A DNA stretch of 64,000 nucleotides from an uncultured Planctomycetia bacterium. GTDB taxonomy: Bacteria; Omnitrophota; Gorgyraeia; S143-82. Positions 1 to 8,689 of this stretch are shown one piece after another. How positions within the stretch are numbered: the first letter of the stretch is position 1; the number at the start of each line of letters is the position of its first letter. The translations under genes were made by a program, and so were the position numbers. Below the pieces are notes generated by a model. The model did no database searches and had not been told where the DNA came from. It saw only the letters and a program-made list of their open reading frames with translations. Location: the NCBI GenBank assembly GCA_964469495.1, contig CAYXYY010000030.1:10262-74261 (forward strand), in the 5' to 3' direction.

Positions 1-916
1 GGCCGTTGCTCTGTGCCCATTGTCCCTTTAATATCTTTTTATCGCGCAAATATACATCAACAACCGTATTAACCTTTTTGTTGAGCAGGACCACATCACC
101 CTTATTAAGCGAAACAATTTCCTTCACAGGCATCTTCATCTTATCCAGCACAGCCCTGACAGGGGCAGAGGCAGACAACAATCCCCTACGCCACTTTTCC
201 ACTACCTCGCCTTTTGCTCCTTTAGAGGATTGCCTTGACAAGAGCATAGGGATAACAGGTTCTAATAAATTAATCGGATAACACAAACTCAAGATGCCTT
301 TGGTATCACCAACAGACACATCAAAACAGACTAACAAGACCAATTCATTAGGGGCAAGGACCTGCGCAAAATACGGATTACTCTCCTGATCCACAATCTT
401 GATATTGAAGGAAATAACAGATGACCAGACGTTTTTTAGTTCTGTGGTTATCTTATTTATTATGCGCCTTGCTACAACCCATTCTATCTCCGTAAGCTCT
501 CTATTCTTCACATCGATGGCCTTACCGGATCCTCCCAGCAATCTGTCGATAATGCTAATCAATACACTTGGATTTATCTCTAAAGCCATTTTCCCCTTTA
601 AAGGCGGCAATTCCAGAACGTTAAAACAGGTTGCCATGGGAACTGACAACAAAAACTCCTGATACGTAAGCTGATCAATAGACGAAATAGATACCTCTAT
701 AACGGAGCGAGTATAACCGGCTATGCTAAGGGCAAAGCTGCGCGCAAAAGATTCGTGTAAGGCACGCACCCTCCTTAAACCCTCCTTTGGAAACCTTTCC
801 GGATTTTTAAAATCATATACGCGGGCATTGCGCTTGCGCAGTTCTTCCTGAGTTAATCGCTTGGTGCTTGATAGAAGAGCATTTATCTCTTCCTGAGAAA
901 GTATCTTATCAGGCAT
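1..916 (-). CDS. fliM: Flagellar motor switch protein FliM. The 5' end is in the window; the 3' end runs off the left edge, with about 305 codons visible.
   Basis: My own minus-strand translation from the ATG at 916-914 gives MPDKILSQEEINALLSS, which contains the FliM N-terminal CheY-P-binding LSQxEIxALL motif. The frame is open for 305 codons to position 2. The visible end (GDVVLLNKKVNTVVDVYLRDKKILKG) resembles a SpoA/FliN-like domain. The ORF is missing from the supplied track because it has no stop in the window. Confidence 0.8.
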   Translation of the reverse strand, partial: MPDKILSQEEINALLSSTKRLTQEELRKRNARVYDFKNPERFPKEGLRRVRALHESFARSFALSIAGYTRSVIEVSISSIDQLTYQEFLLSVPMATCFNVLELPPLKGKMALEINPSVLISIIDRLLGGSGKAIDVKNRELTEIEWVVARRIINKITTELKNVWSSVISFNIKIVDQESNPYFAQVLAPNELVLLVCFDVSVGDTKGILSLCYPINLLEPVIPMLLSRQSSKGAKGEVVEKWRRGLLSASAPVRAVLDKMKMPVKEIVSLNKGDVVLLNKKVNTVVDVYLRDKKILKGQWAQSNG

Positions 917-3311
917 ATAATTTCACCCCTATTTTTTCTCCCAATTCTTTCCATAATGGCATTATATCTGGCATAATCCTTTCGCTATGCCGCTTCGTTA
1001 TATTAAAGTATATATTCTGCAACAGCCATATATCAACCTGAATTTTTATGCGGGAGACGACATCTAAAACACGTAACATTTTAGACAAAGACTCATAACT
1101 GACTTGTTCCTGTATAGCCAGGGCCTTTTGCCGTATTCCCTTATCCAACAGGCCCTTTATTTGCCCCACCTCAACAGATATCCCATACATGTCAATATCG
1201 TCTAATACAGAAATGATATGCGTATAATTTTCTTCGTCCATATCGCCATCAGAGATCAAGGCCTTCAGCCGGCCATTTAAAACCTCCTGCAAAACAAGGC
1301 TAAGCCCCGGAGGCAAAATATAATGCAGTTTTCTTAATCCAACAAAAAACAGATGATAAGCGTCATAAAGACTTTCAAAGGTCTCTTCAAACTGAGACAC
1401 GGTATCCTTTACAAGAAAGTCTATTATCTTTCGCCTTTCCTGCAGAAATACACTCTCAAGCGTATAATAGCTATGCCCAAAGTAATTGTCCATGGCGCGC
1501 ACTAATTCCGTCACATTATGTCCCTTAAATGCCCCTTCTACAGCCTCTAAAAACACGTCAAAATATTGTTCATCTATTCCCTGCTTTAGAGAACACCTCA
1601 CATCGTATGCGCCTGTATGCAGAGAGCAAAACTCAAAAGACTCCTCTTTTAGCGTGTTTAGAGACTTAACAAATATCTGTCCGGACGAAATGGAGAAATC
1701 ACTTAAACCGTCTCTAAAAAGTTCCTTTATCTGCGCATAATAACTATATGCCTTTTGTTGGACGGGCAAATCCGGAATAAAGTGCCTGCTTATAACAAAG
1801 TGGGCAGCTGCATCACTAATCGAAACCTCACGCATCTTTGCCATAACAGTATATACATATGCGCCGTCTTTAAATTCCGGGATATTGCTTTTTGCCCTGC
1901 CCAATATAGACAGATATTCCGCCTCTATGTCAGTTCCCAAATCCTTTAAAAGCTCTATCGCTCTGGCAGCATAAGCCAAGATCTGCGTGGCCTCCAATCC
2001 TGATATATCGTCAAAAAACCAACCACAACTCGTAAAAGCGAATAAAGAAAATTTGCAGGCCTCAAGGCCCGTAAATAATCTGACGAGCTCCTGATTAGAC
2101 AATGTTTTATTCAATTCCTTCTGCACCCATTCTTCGTGGTTGCCGAAAAGCATAACGTCTATATAATCCTTCTCCAGCTGAAATGGGTCAACGTCGGTAA
2201 TCTCGGCGGCAGTATTGGAAAAAACCTCTATTGTTTTCTCCCGTAAAAAGTCCATTGCATCGCGTAAAGGCGTGCGCCATTTTTGATTCCAGTCAGGCCC
2301 GCCTCCTATGTGGCATCCACAATCACTACGCCAACGCTCTACGCCGTGAGCGCAGCTCCAAGCAGTCCTTTCCTTAACGTCTACTTCAAAATCGACCCCG
2401 TATAAATCCAAAAACTCCGCATAGTTCAATAACTTAAAATCAGACTCTTTTATCCTCTTTATAGTATATGCCAAGGCCATTTCAGCAAACTTATGGTGAT
2501 GGCCATAAGTCTCTCCGTCAGTTGCGACATTCAGGAGCAATGCATCGACCTCTCCCAGAGGGAATTCAGCGCTGGCAACAGAGGCAAGCCTATTAAAGAA
2601 GGCCTCTCCGCTATTTAGAATGCCTGCGAAGGCAACGTCCTGCGCAATAGGGCCGTCATAGAAAAATAAAACAATACTCTTGCCTCCGGGCAAACGGCAT
2701 AAGTAAGGCACCCGGCCATCAATAGCAGAATCCACATCCTTCCAATGGCCTTTTAGTCTTCTAAATCTCTTGGCCTGATACGGAGATAAAATAGTAAATT
2801 TCAAACCATAATCAGCCAACACCTCCAACGTCTCTATATCAACCGCTGTTTCAGCAAGCCACATCCCTTCTGGATCTCTGTGGAAATGGCTGCGAAAGTC
2901 ATCTATACCCCATTTAATCTGAAGTTCTTTGTCCCTCCGCGTCGCCAACGGCATAATAATATGGTTATAAACCTGCGCAATGGCATTTCCATGGCCATGG
3001 TGTTGTTTTATACTCTTGGTATCTGCCTGAACAATCGCCTCGTATACATCCTGCTCATGTCTTTTAAGCCAACGCATCAGCGTTGGGCCGAAATTAAAAC
3101 TGATGTGCTCATAATTATTCATTATATCGATTATTTTACCTTCAGAATCCATAAGACGGGCAGCTGTATTAGGACGATAGCATTCTGCCGTTATTCGCTG
3201 GTTCCAGTCGTGATATGGATAAGCAGAATCCTGACGTTCTACGACGTCCAGCCATGGATTTTCTCTCGGCGGTTGATAAAAATGCCCATGCAGGCAAATA
3301 CACCTCTGCAT
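909..3311 (-). CDS. Glycoside hydrolase family 57 alpha-glucan enzyme (branching enzyme or amylopullulanase-like) with a C-terminal DUF3536-type extension.
   Basis: 800-aa ORF. The N-terminal motif CLHGHFYQPPRENPW is characteristic of GH57. Its stop (TGA, 909-911) overlaps the fliM start codon. Confidence 0.8.
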   Translation of the reverse strand: MQRCICLHGHFYQPPRENPWLDVVERQDSAYPYHDWNQRITAECYRPNTAARLMDSEGKIIDIMNNYEHISFNFGPTLMRWLKRHEQDVYEAIVQADTKSIKQHHGHGNAIAQVYNHIIMPLATRRDKELQIKWGIDDFRSHFHRDPEGMWLAETAVDIETLEVLADYGLKFTILSPYQAKRFRRLKGHWKDVDSAIDGRVPYLCRLPGGKSIVLFFYDGPIAQDVAFAGILNSGEAFFNRLASVASAEFPLGEVDALLLNVATDGETYGHHHKFAEMALAYTIKRIKESDFKLLNYAEFLDLYGVDFEVDVKERTAWSCAHGVERWRSDCGCHIGGGPDWNQKWRTPLRDAMDFLREKTIEVFSNTAAEITDVDPFQLEKDYIDVMLFGNHEEWVQKELNKTLSNQELVRLFTGLEACKFSLFAFTSCGWFFDDISGLEATQILAYAARAIELLKDLGTDIEAEYLSILGRAKSNIPEFKDGAYVYTVMAKMREVSISDAAAHFVISRHFIPDLPVQQKAYSYYAQIKELFRDGLSDFSISSGQIFVKSLNTLKEESFEFCSLHTGAYDVRCSLKQGIDEQYFDVFLEAVEGAFKGHNVTELVRAMDNYFGHSYYTLESVFLQERRKIIDFLVKDTVSQFEETFESLYDAYHLFFVGLRKLHYILPPGLSLVLQEVLNGRLKALISDGDMDEENYTHIISVLDDIDMYGISVEVGQIKGLLDKGIRQKALAIQEQVSYESLSKMLRVLDVVSRIKIQVDIWLLQNIYFNITKRHSERIMPDIMPLWKELGEKIGVKLYA

Positions 3312-3330
3312 TTATGCGCCCCTTTCTATC

Positions 3331-3687
3331 CTATTTTTTGAGATATAAAAACCGCTCCGATCTGGCATACTGGCCTTCATGCCAAGATATCGTTATGAGA
3401 CACCTCTGCAACTGGCCATCCTTTATGCCGTCTAATTCTGCCGGCGTTTGCGAAATAGCCCACGAATACCTGCCACTTGATCCTGTTGCAGGAACATTTT
3501 CTCCTGATTTTATCCTTTCTATGAGCTCCTGCCCAAGTTCAGCGACCTCCACCCATGCCTTGGCCCTGCTGTTGTGTTTCATCCCGGCAGAAAATGCAGG
3601 TAAAAGCCCCACGATACCAATAACCAAAATGGCGCCGGCAATCATTACCTCTAAAAGACTAAAACCACGTTTAGGCATATATGCCAC
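3331..3687 (-). CDS. Prepilin-type N-terminal cleavage/methylation domain protein (orphan pseudopilin or minor pilin).
   Basis: N-terminus KRGFSLLEVMIAGAILVIGIVGLL is a class III signal: G-F-S/T-L-hydrophobic-E followed by a hydrophobic helix. 118 aa. Confidence 0.7.
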   Translation of the reverse strand: MAYMPKRGFSLLEVMIAGAILVIGIVGLLPAFSAGMKHNSRAKAWVEVAELGQELIERIKSGENVPATGSSGRYSWAISQTPAELDGIKDGQLQRCLITISWHEGQYARSERFLYLKK

Positions 3688-3771
3688 CTTTGTTTTTTAT
3701 TTCTCTTATTATACTTGATATACGGGCTGAAAGGAAAAGAAAAAATCACAACACACAACAAATAAGACGAC

Positions 3772-4947
3772 TCACACGTGAGACAACAAACCACCCATTC
3801 GATCCACTATATCTCCCAAAAGGCCTGCATCCTTGTCTAACATATTCCCCCTTATTAAAACAGGCTCAAAAAATTCCGCGCGCAGACTTGACAACATATT
3901 TCTTAATTGCTCTGCCCCGCGTCCGCCCCAGCCGTAAGAAAATACACTCGCCACAACCTTTGCTTTCGGCCTTAAGGCATTTGTAAGATATGCGGCATAT
4001 ACAACCGCAGGATGCATACCGGCCAACACATAAGGCGATGCAAAAACCAGCGCCCCTGCATCAACCAATTCCATGGCGAATTGCCCGACATCTGACACAG
4101 ACAAGTTAACAGGAACCACAGTCATGCCCTTCTTAATAAGATTACTCGTCAAGACATCCACTATCCTCTGCGTGCTCCCATGCATTGAGACATAGGCAAT
4201 AACCACCTTTTTGTTCACCGAATCGGAAACCCAATCTCTATATGCATCTATTATCAAAGATGGCCTATCATAAACAGGCCCATGACTGGGCGCAATTTTA
4301 TCGATTGCCAACAGAGACAATTTCTCCAGATTCTTTTTTATCTGCTGACGGAAAGGCATCATTATCTCTGCATAATACCTTTTTGCATCCTGCAAAACCT
4401 TGCATTCATCTTCTACATATAGATTGCTCGCCGCCCTATGAGAACCAAAGAAATCACAAGAAAACAAAATTTTTTCCTCCTGCAAATAAGTGGACATCGT
4501 CTCAGGCCAGTGCACCCATGGCGTATAGATAAATTTCAACGTCATGCCGCCTAAATCCAATTCTTCCCCGTCATGGACTTCAATAAATTTCTCTTCAGGT
4601 ATGTGGAGCAGGTCCATTAAAAAACCTTTACACTTAGGATTGGTTATCACCTCTGCCATTGGATATCTTTCCAATACCGCAGGAATGGCTCCGGAATGGT
4701 CTTGTTCTGCATGATTGGCAACCACAAAATCCAGACTCGAAATATCAAGCTCGTTTAGATTCAAAAAAAGTTCTTTTTGTTTCGCAGGATCAACAGCATC
4801 TATCAAAACGGTTTTTACGCGGCCCCTGAGAAGGTAGGCATTATAACTCGTCCCGTCGGGCAAAGGGATAAGCTCATCAAAAATCTGTCTATCCCAGTCA
4901 ATTGCCCCAACAGAAAAAACATCCTTTGATAACTGGCGGACAGCCAT
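3772..4947 (-). CDS. fprA: Flavodiiron protein (FprA family, rubredoxin:oxygen/NO oxidoreductase). It has a metallo-beta-lactamase-like diiron domain and a flavodoxin domain.
   Basis: The HAEQDHSG metallo-beta-lactamase/diiron motif is present, with a C-terminal flavodoxin-like segment (KVVIAYVSMHGST). The likely start is MAVRQ, with ATG at 4945-4947. This start overlaps the rubredoxin stop by 1 nt. Confidence 0.85.
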   Translation of the reverse strand: MAVRQLSKDVFSVGAIDWDRQIFDELIPLPDGTSYNAYLLRGRVKTVLIDAVDPAKQKELFLNLNELDISSLDFVVANHAEQDHSGAIPAVLERYPMAEVITNPKCKGFLMDLLHIPEEKFIEVHDGEELDLGGMTLKFIYTPWVHWPETMSTYLQEEKILFSCDFFGSHRAASNLYVEDECKVLQDAKRYYAEIMMPFRQQIKKNLEKLSLLAIDKIAPSHGPVYDRPSLIIDAYRDWVSDSVNKKVVIAYVSMHGSTQRIVDVLTSNLIKKGMTVVPVNLSVSDVGQFAMELVDAGALVFASPYVLAGMHPAVVYAAYLTNALRPKAKVVASVFSYGWGGRGAEQLRNMLSSLRAEFFEPVLIRGNMLDKDAGLLGDIVDRMGGLLSHV

Positions 4948-5105
4948 CAAACCTCCTCGAACTGGTCTTTCCCAACACCGCAGACAGGACAAACCCAATC
5001 ATCAGCAATAGCTTCAAAAGGCGTGCCCGGCGATATGCCGCCATCAGGATCGCCTTTTTCGGGATCGTAAATATAATCACAAACAATACACCTATATCGC
5101 TTCAT
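4947..5105 (-). CDS. Rubredoxin
   Basis: [52 protein letters not shown] carries two CxxC pairs in the canonical rubredoxin arrangement. An RBS (AAAGGGGA) lies upstream of the internal Met at 5105. Confidence 0.85.
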   Translation of the reverse strand: MKRYRCIVCDYIYDPEKGDPDGGISPGTPFEAIADDWVCPVCGVGKDQFEEV

Positions 5106-5143
5106 AAAATCCCCTTTGTTAATAGACCGGATTTTAACACAAG

Positions 5144-5168
5144 AAAAGGCCTTAATAAAAGGCCTTTT
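5144..5168. terminator. Palindromic hairpin downstream of the hcp stop that could act as a rho-independent terminator. The stem AAAAGGCC pairs with GGCCTTTT around a 9-nt loop, and A/T runs flank it.
   Basis: Seen in the sequence at 5144-5168, immediately 3' of the hcp stop (5199) on the minus strand. The stem includes U-rich arms. Confidence 0.45.
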
Positions 5169-5198
5169 CTCGTTTCTGCAAAAAACAAAACACAATAA

Positions 5199-6500
5199 TT
5201 ACACGTTCACACTTCCAAGTATGGATTGTATATCTTCGTCAGCCGTTGATATCAACTTAAGATCATACTTGTCCACCAAAACCTTAAGTATTGCATCGTC
5301 AACCCATGCAGGTTTAATCGGCCCAAGATATATCCCTTTGATGTTCAGGGAAAGCAGCGTCCACAAGATAGCAACTGCCTTTTGTTCCATCCAAGAAACA
5401 ATCAAGTTCACAGGCAGGTCGTTAACACCAACATTGAACAAGTCTGCCAAGGCCGAAACGATCTCTATTGCATCTATGGCATCATTGCACTGGCCCAAAT
5501 CAATGAGACGAGGTATACCTTCGATCTCTCCCAAGTCCATATCATTAAATCTGAATTTACCACAAGCAAGTGTCAAAATAACCGTATCTTTTGGCAATTT
5601 CTCAACAAACTCTCTATAATATTGGGACATCTTAAATGGCGTGTCGCATCCCCCAACCAAGAAGAAGTTTCTAATCTTTCCTGCCTCCACCAGAGACTTT
5701 ATCTTATCAGCCAATCCAAGAACCGTGCCAGCGGAAAAACCTGTGGTGATAAAACGCTCCTCTTCTTCTTGAAGTTCAGGCAAAGACAAGGCCTTTTCTA
5801 TTACTGCAGAATAATCGTAATTATCTATATGAGGAACATCGGGAAGCCCCGCTATTCCGCACGTAAAAATCCTGTCTTTATAAGATTTATCCGGAATAAG
5901 CACGCAGTTAGAGGTCCCCAATATAGCCGCTTCGTATTTCTTAAACAGGGCCTTTTGATCATGCCATGCCCCGCCAAGGTTTCCGGCTAAATGTTTGAAC
6001 TTTTTCAGCTCAGGATAACCATGCGCAGGAAGCATTTCCGAATGCGTATAGACGTTAATACCCTTACCCTCTGTCTGTTTTAATAACTCGTAAAGGGCCT
6101 TTAGATTATGTCCTGTCACTATAATGGCCTTGCCCTTAACAGCCGAGGCGCGCACCTTCGTTGGAACAGGCTGGCCAAAGGCCTTTACATGAGCCTCTTT
6201 GAGCATCTTCATGGCCTTGAGATTTATCTGCCCTGCCTTCAGAGATAAGTCGATAAATCGCGCAATGTCAAAATTGACGTTAGTCAGCGTGGAATACAAG
6301 GCCTCCGCAAAAAACTCATTTATCTCATCATCAGAAGCTCCTAACTCCCTTGCATGAAAGGAATAAGCAGCTATCCCCTTTAACGCAAAAATCAGATTAT
6401 CCTGTAAATGCGCCAACACAGGGTCCTTGCCACAAACCCCATACTTTGTGCAGCCTTCTCCGTTTACTGTCTGAGAACACTGAAAACAAAACATATCCAT
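5199..6500 (-). CDS. hcp: Hybrid-cluster protein / hydroxylamine reductase (Hcp, prismane).
   Basis: [25 protein letters not shown] is the N-terminal Cys cluster of HCP. Further Cys/Glu/His ligand regions follow downstream. The start is at the internal Met (6500) with a GGAGGTG RBS. The ORF extension to 6644 is judged non-coding. Confidence 0.9.
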   Translation of the reverse strand: MDMFCFQCSQTVNGEGCTKYGVCGKDPVLAHLQDNLIFALKGIAAYSFHARELGASDDEINEFFAEALYSTLTNVNFDIARFIDLSLKAGQINLKAMKMLKEAHVKAFGQPVPTKVRASAVKGKAIIVTGHNLKALYELLKQTEGKGINVYTHSEMLPAHGYPELKKFKHLAGNLGGAWHDQKALFKKYEAAILGTSNCVLIPDKSYKDRIFTCGIAGLPDVPHIDNYDYSAVIEKALSLPELQEEEERFITTGFSAGTVLGLADKIKSLVEAGKIRNFFLVGGCDTPFKMSQYYREFVEKLPKDTVILTLACGKFRFNDMDLGEIEGIPRLIDLGQCNDAIDAIEIVSALADLFNVGVNDLPVNLIVSWMEQKAVAILWTLLSLNIKGIYLGPIKPAWVDDAILKVLVDKYDLKLISTADEDIQSILGSVNV

Positions 6501-6543
6501 ATCAACACCTCCATTTTTAGTTGTTTTTACCCCCCCCAATATT

Positions 6544-6562
6544 TTGTTAGAACTACTAACAA
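6544..6562. promoter_or_regulatory. Perfect 7-5-7 palindrome, TTGTTAG-AACTA-CTAACAA, in the hcp/marR divergent promoter region. It is a candidate operator. A second inverted repeat, TTGAC-N13-GTCAA, lies at 6577-6599.
   Basis: Seen directly. The palindrome is centred about 53 nt upstream of the hcp start codon and about 140 nt upstream of the divergent MarR gene. Confidence 0.4.
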
Positions 6563-6695
6563 ATGAAATAATTATATTGACTTTTATACAATTTGTCAAT
6601 AATAATATATACATATATGAAAGCGGCAAGAAAAATGTAAGCATTGATAACTATCTTATAAAGATTAGGTCTGATAATAAAAAAATGAGGGAAGC

Positions 6696-7265
6696 ATGGA
6701 AGAGAAGATTGCGTTCTTATTGGAAAAGATATGTCTCGTGCACAAAAATCTGTTGTGGAAAATAGCCTCGGATGAAAAGCTGACGCCTACGCAGATTGAA
6801 ATAATATTTTTAATAGCATCTACTCGGCCAGAAAAGGCATTGACTTCGATAATCGCAAAAGAGCTCGGCCTTACCAAGCCGACTATCAGTGAATCGGTAA
6901 AATCTCTGAAATCCAAGGGAGTTGTCACAACTATGGCTCTTGGCGATAAAAGAAAACATGCGATCTTGCTTACGCCAAAAGGCAAGAAGATATTTCAAAA
7001 ACTAAGCAAACTTACGCAAACAACGAAAAGGTTTTTCAAGTCCGTTTCCAGTGAAAAACAGGAACTGTTGTTCGAAGTGCTTTTTGATTTTATTCAATAC
7101 CTGAGAGATAAAGGCCTTCTTACGAGATTGCGTGTTTGCCCGTTTTGCGGGAATCTACATTACAATAAACAATTAAAGGAATATTTTTGTTATCTTTCTT
7201 TAAAACCAATTACGTACAAGACAATGCAGACGAATTGCCCTGAATACGAAGAACCGTTGGCATAA
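6696..7265 (+). CDS. MarR-family winged-helix transcriptional regulator with a Cys-rich C-terminal extension (CPFCG...C...C).
   Basis: The helix-turn-helix wing region LTPTQIEIIFLIAS...IAKELGLTKPTISESVKSLKSKGVV is typical of MarR. Four Cys lie in the last 50 aa. The gene is divergent from hcp. Confidence 0.65.
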   Translation: MEEKIAFLLEKICLVHKNLLWKIASDEKLTPTQIEIIFLIASTRPEKALTSIIAKELGLTKPTISESVKSLKSKGVVTTMALGDKRKHAILLTPKGKKIFQKLSKLTQTTKRFFKSVSSEKQELLFEVLFDFIQYLRDKGLLTRLRVCPFCGNLHYNKQLKEYFCYLSLKPITYKTMQTNCPEYEEPLA

Positions 7266-7268
7266 AGG

Positions 7269-7910
7269 CTATTTAAAGACCTCTCCTGCCTGTTTATACC
7301 AAAACAAGAGGTCCAAATCTGCCATAGGAATGCCTGTTTTCTCGGAAAAGGCCATCATCTTATCCTCTATCTCCAGATATATGCTTTTTGTAAGACTATT
7401 GGGCACCCCTTTTATTACGCCAAATCTATGCAGGTTTTTCAGTATATGCCTGTCAAGTATAGCCAGCTCCAACCCTATACCTATGTTCCTCAAAAAATGG
7501 CTCGCCTCTTTTAATCCGAGCCCCTTGACATCCTTAACCAGATTTATTCTTATCTGTTTTGGAGAACCGGTGAGATACTTCTTCCAGCTAAATTCCGGAG
7601 ATAGAAAACGCTGTCTTGCCAAAATCAGGTATCGAGACTTATTAAAACGAAAACGCACAGGCCTTATGCCTTGCGCTATTTCTAACGCGTTTGCATTCCA
7701 CAACAGATTATTTCTATCCAAAAATTCCACGGCCTCCCAGCAGGCCTTGGCCTTTGACTGAGGCGTAAAAAGGCAAAATACAAGCTCCTTAAATATCCTT
7801 CTATCGTCCGCTGACTTCAAAAATCCCTGAAATTCCCTTACCCTTGACTGGATTTCATCCTTGATCTGCCTGTATAATTCAATCAGGTCATCCTGTTCTC
7901 TTGCTGCCAT
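7269..7910 (-). CDS. Archaeal-type (Ogg2-like) 8-oxoguanine DNA glycosylase / AP lyase. It belongs to the HhH-GPD superfamily.
   Basis: 213 aa. A helix-hairpin-helix with a Gly/Asp loop is present: VKGLGLKEASHFLRNIG...ILDRH. Size and motif fit the N-glycosylase/DNA lyase family. Confidence 0.6.
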   Translation of the reverse strand: MAAREQDDLIELYRQIKDEIQSRVREFQGFLKSADDRRIFKELVFCLFTPQSKAKACWEAVEFLDRNNLLWNANALEIAQGIRPVRFRFNKSRYLILARQRFLSPEFSWKKYLTGSPKQIRINLVKDVKGLGLKEASHFLRNIGIGLELAILDRHILKNLHRFGVIKGVPNSLTKSIYLEIEDKMMAFSEKTGIPMADLDLLFWYKQAGEVFK

Positions 7911-8670
7911 GATAATACTTTGCCGCTTCTTTTAATACAAACTCATTTACCAGCGTGTATCTTCTCCCGTCTATTTCCACATACGCGCCCTCATATGGAG
8001 GATACCAAAAGGCCCGAATCTTTCTCTCTATCTCTTCTTGACTATCTTTATTTGTTATCCTCCTAATCCTTTCAAATTCAGACCTATCGATATACCTGCC
8101 ATTGCCTTGTTTACGTCTTGGCACGCCGGACTTCTTTAGTTTAAATTCCAACATAACTTCCTTAAACAGTTCCAACAGATAATCCTGTGTTGTTTGCTCA
8201 AGAGAAAAGGCAGTTAACTCTTCGGAATTTATAGGGAATCTATTTACTTTAATTATATCCCCAGTGTCAAAATCCTGATCAACAAAATGCGCAGAGACGC
8301 CCCATTCTTTCAGTTTTTCGTATATCGCTATATTATAACCGCCAACCCCCCTAAAATCAGGCAAAGGCGCAGGATGAAAATTAATACACCCATATTTCGG
8401 TCCGGTAATGAGTGGCTCTTTTATTTTTTCCCAGAACAGATAAGACACAACCAGATCAACACCCCGCACTTTTTGCAATTCTTCATAAATCAAATCTTCT
8501 GACACTATTTTTATGTTATGTTTCTTCACTGTGTCTTTTAATGGATTGTGCCAGTGCAGTCTTTTATCCTCTAAAATAGCGCAGACAAACAGGACATTAA
8601 ACCCCTGCTCTATCAGAAATTCCAAGGCAAGACTTGCCCCCGGTTTTTTACCTAAAAAAATAACATCCAT
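7888..8670 (-). CDS. Formyltransferase-family protein (Fmt or sugar N-formyltransferase-like). Probably a dTDP-amino-sugar N-formyltransferase, given its position next to the rml genes.
   Basis: The formyl_trans_N signature is present: ...VVSYLFWEKI... then NFHPAPLPDFRGVGGYNIAIYE (the HxSLLP-like region). There is no tRNA-binding C-terminal domain. The gene is immediately upstream of rmlD in the same orientation. Confidence 0.6.
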   Translation of the reverse strand: MDVIFLGKKPGASLALEFLIEQGFNVLFVCAILEDKRLHWHNPLKDTVKKHNIKIVSEDLIYEELQKVRGVDLVVSYLFWEKIKEPLITGPKYGCINFHPAPLPDFRGVGGYNIAIYEKLKEWGVSAHFVDQDFDTGDIIKVNRFPINSEELTAFSLEQTTQDYLLELFKEVMLEFKLKKSGVPRRKQGNGRYIDRSEFERIRRITNKDSQEEIERKIRAFWYPPYEGAYVEIDGRRYTLVNEFVLKEAAKYYHGSKRTG

Positions 8671-8689
8671 AATCTATCCTCACTTATGC

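Noticed and set aside
6-662. Plus-strand ORFs 6-281 and 399-662 from the six-frame track.
   Set aside because: They lie entirely antisense to the much better supported minus-strand fliM reading frame. That frame is 305 open codons with a conserved FliM N-terminal motif. The plus-strand ORFs have no RBS or recognisable motifs.
5144-5168. An AAGGCCTT ... AAGGCCTT direct repeat, considered as a repeat element or binding site.
   Set aside because: AAGGCCTT is self-complementary. The two copies plus their flanking A/T runs fold into a single hairpin just after the hcp stop. It is best explained as a terminator-like hairpin rather than a repeat family.
4898-5198. ORFs 4898-5086 (minus) and 4902-5198 (plus) overlapping the rubredoxin gene.
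   Set aside because: They are alternative frames of the rubredoxin locus. The rubredoxin frame has the canonical CxxC...CxxC pattern and an RBS; the others have neither.
6501-6644. A 48-codon N-terminal extension of the hcp ORF ([15 protein letters not shown]...).
   Set aside because: The conserved Hcp N-terminus ([11 protein letters not shown]) starts at the internal Met, which has a strong GGAGGTG RBS. The extension is AT-rich promoter DNA that contains the palindromes.
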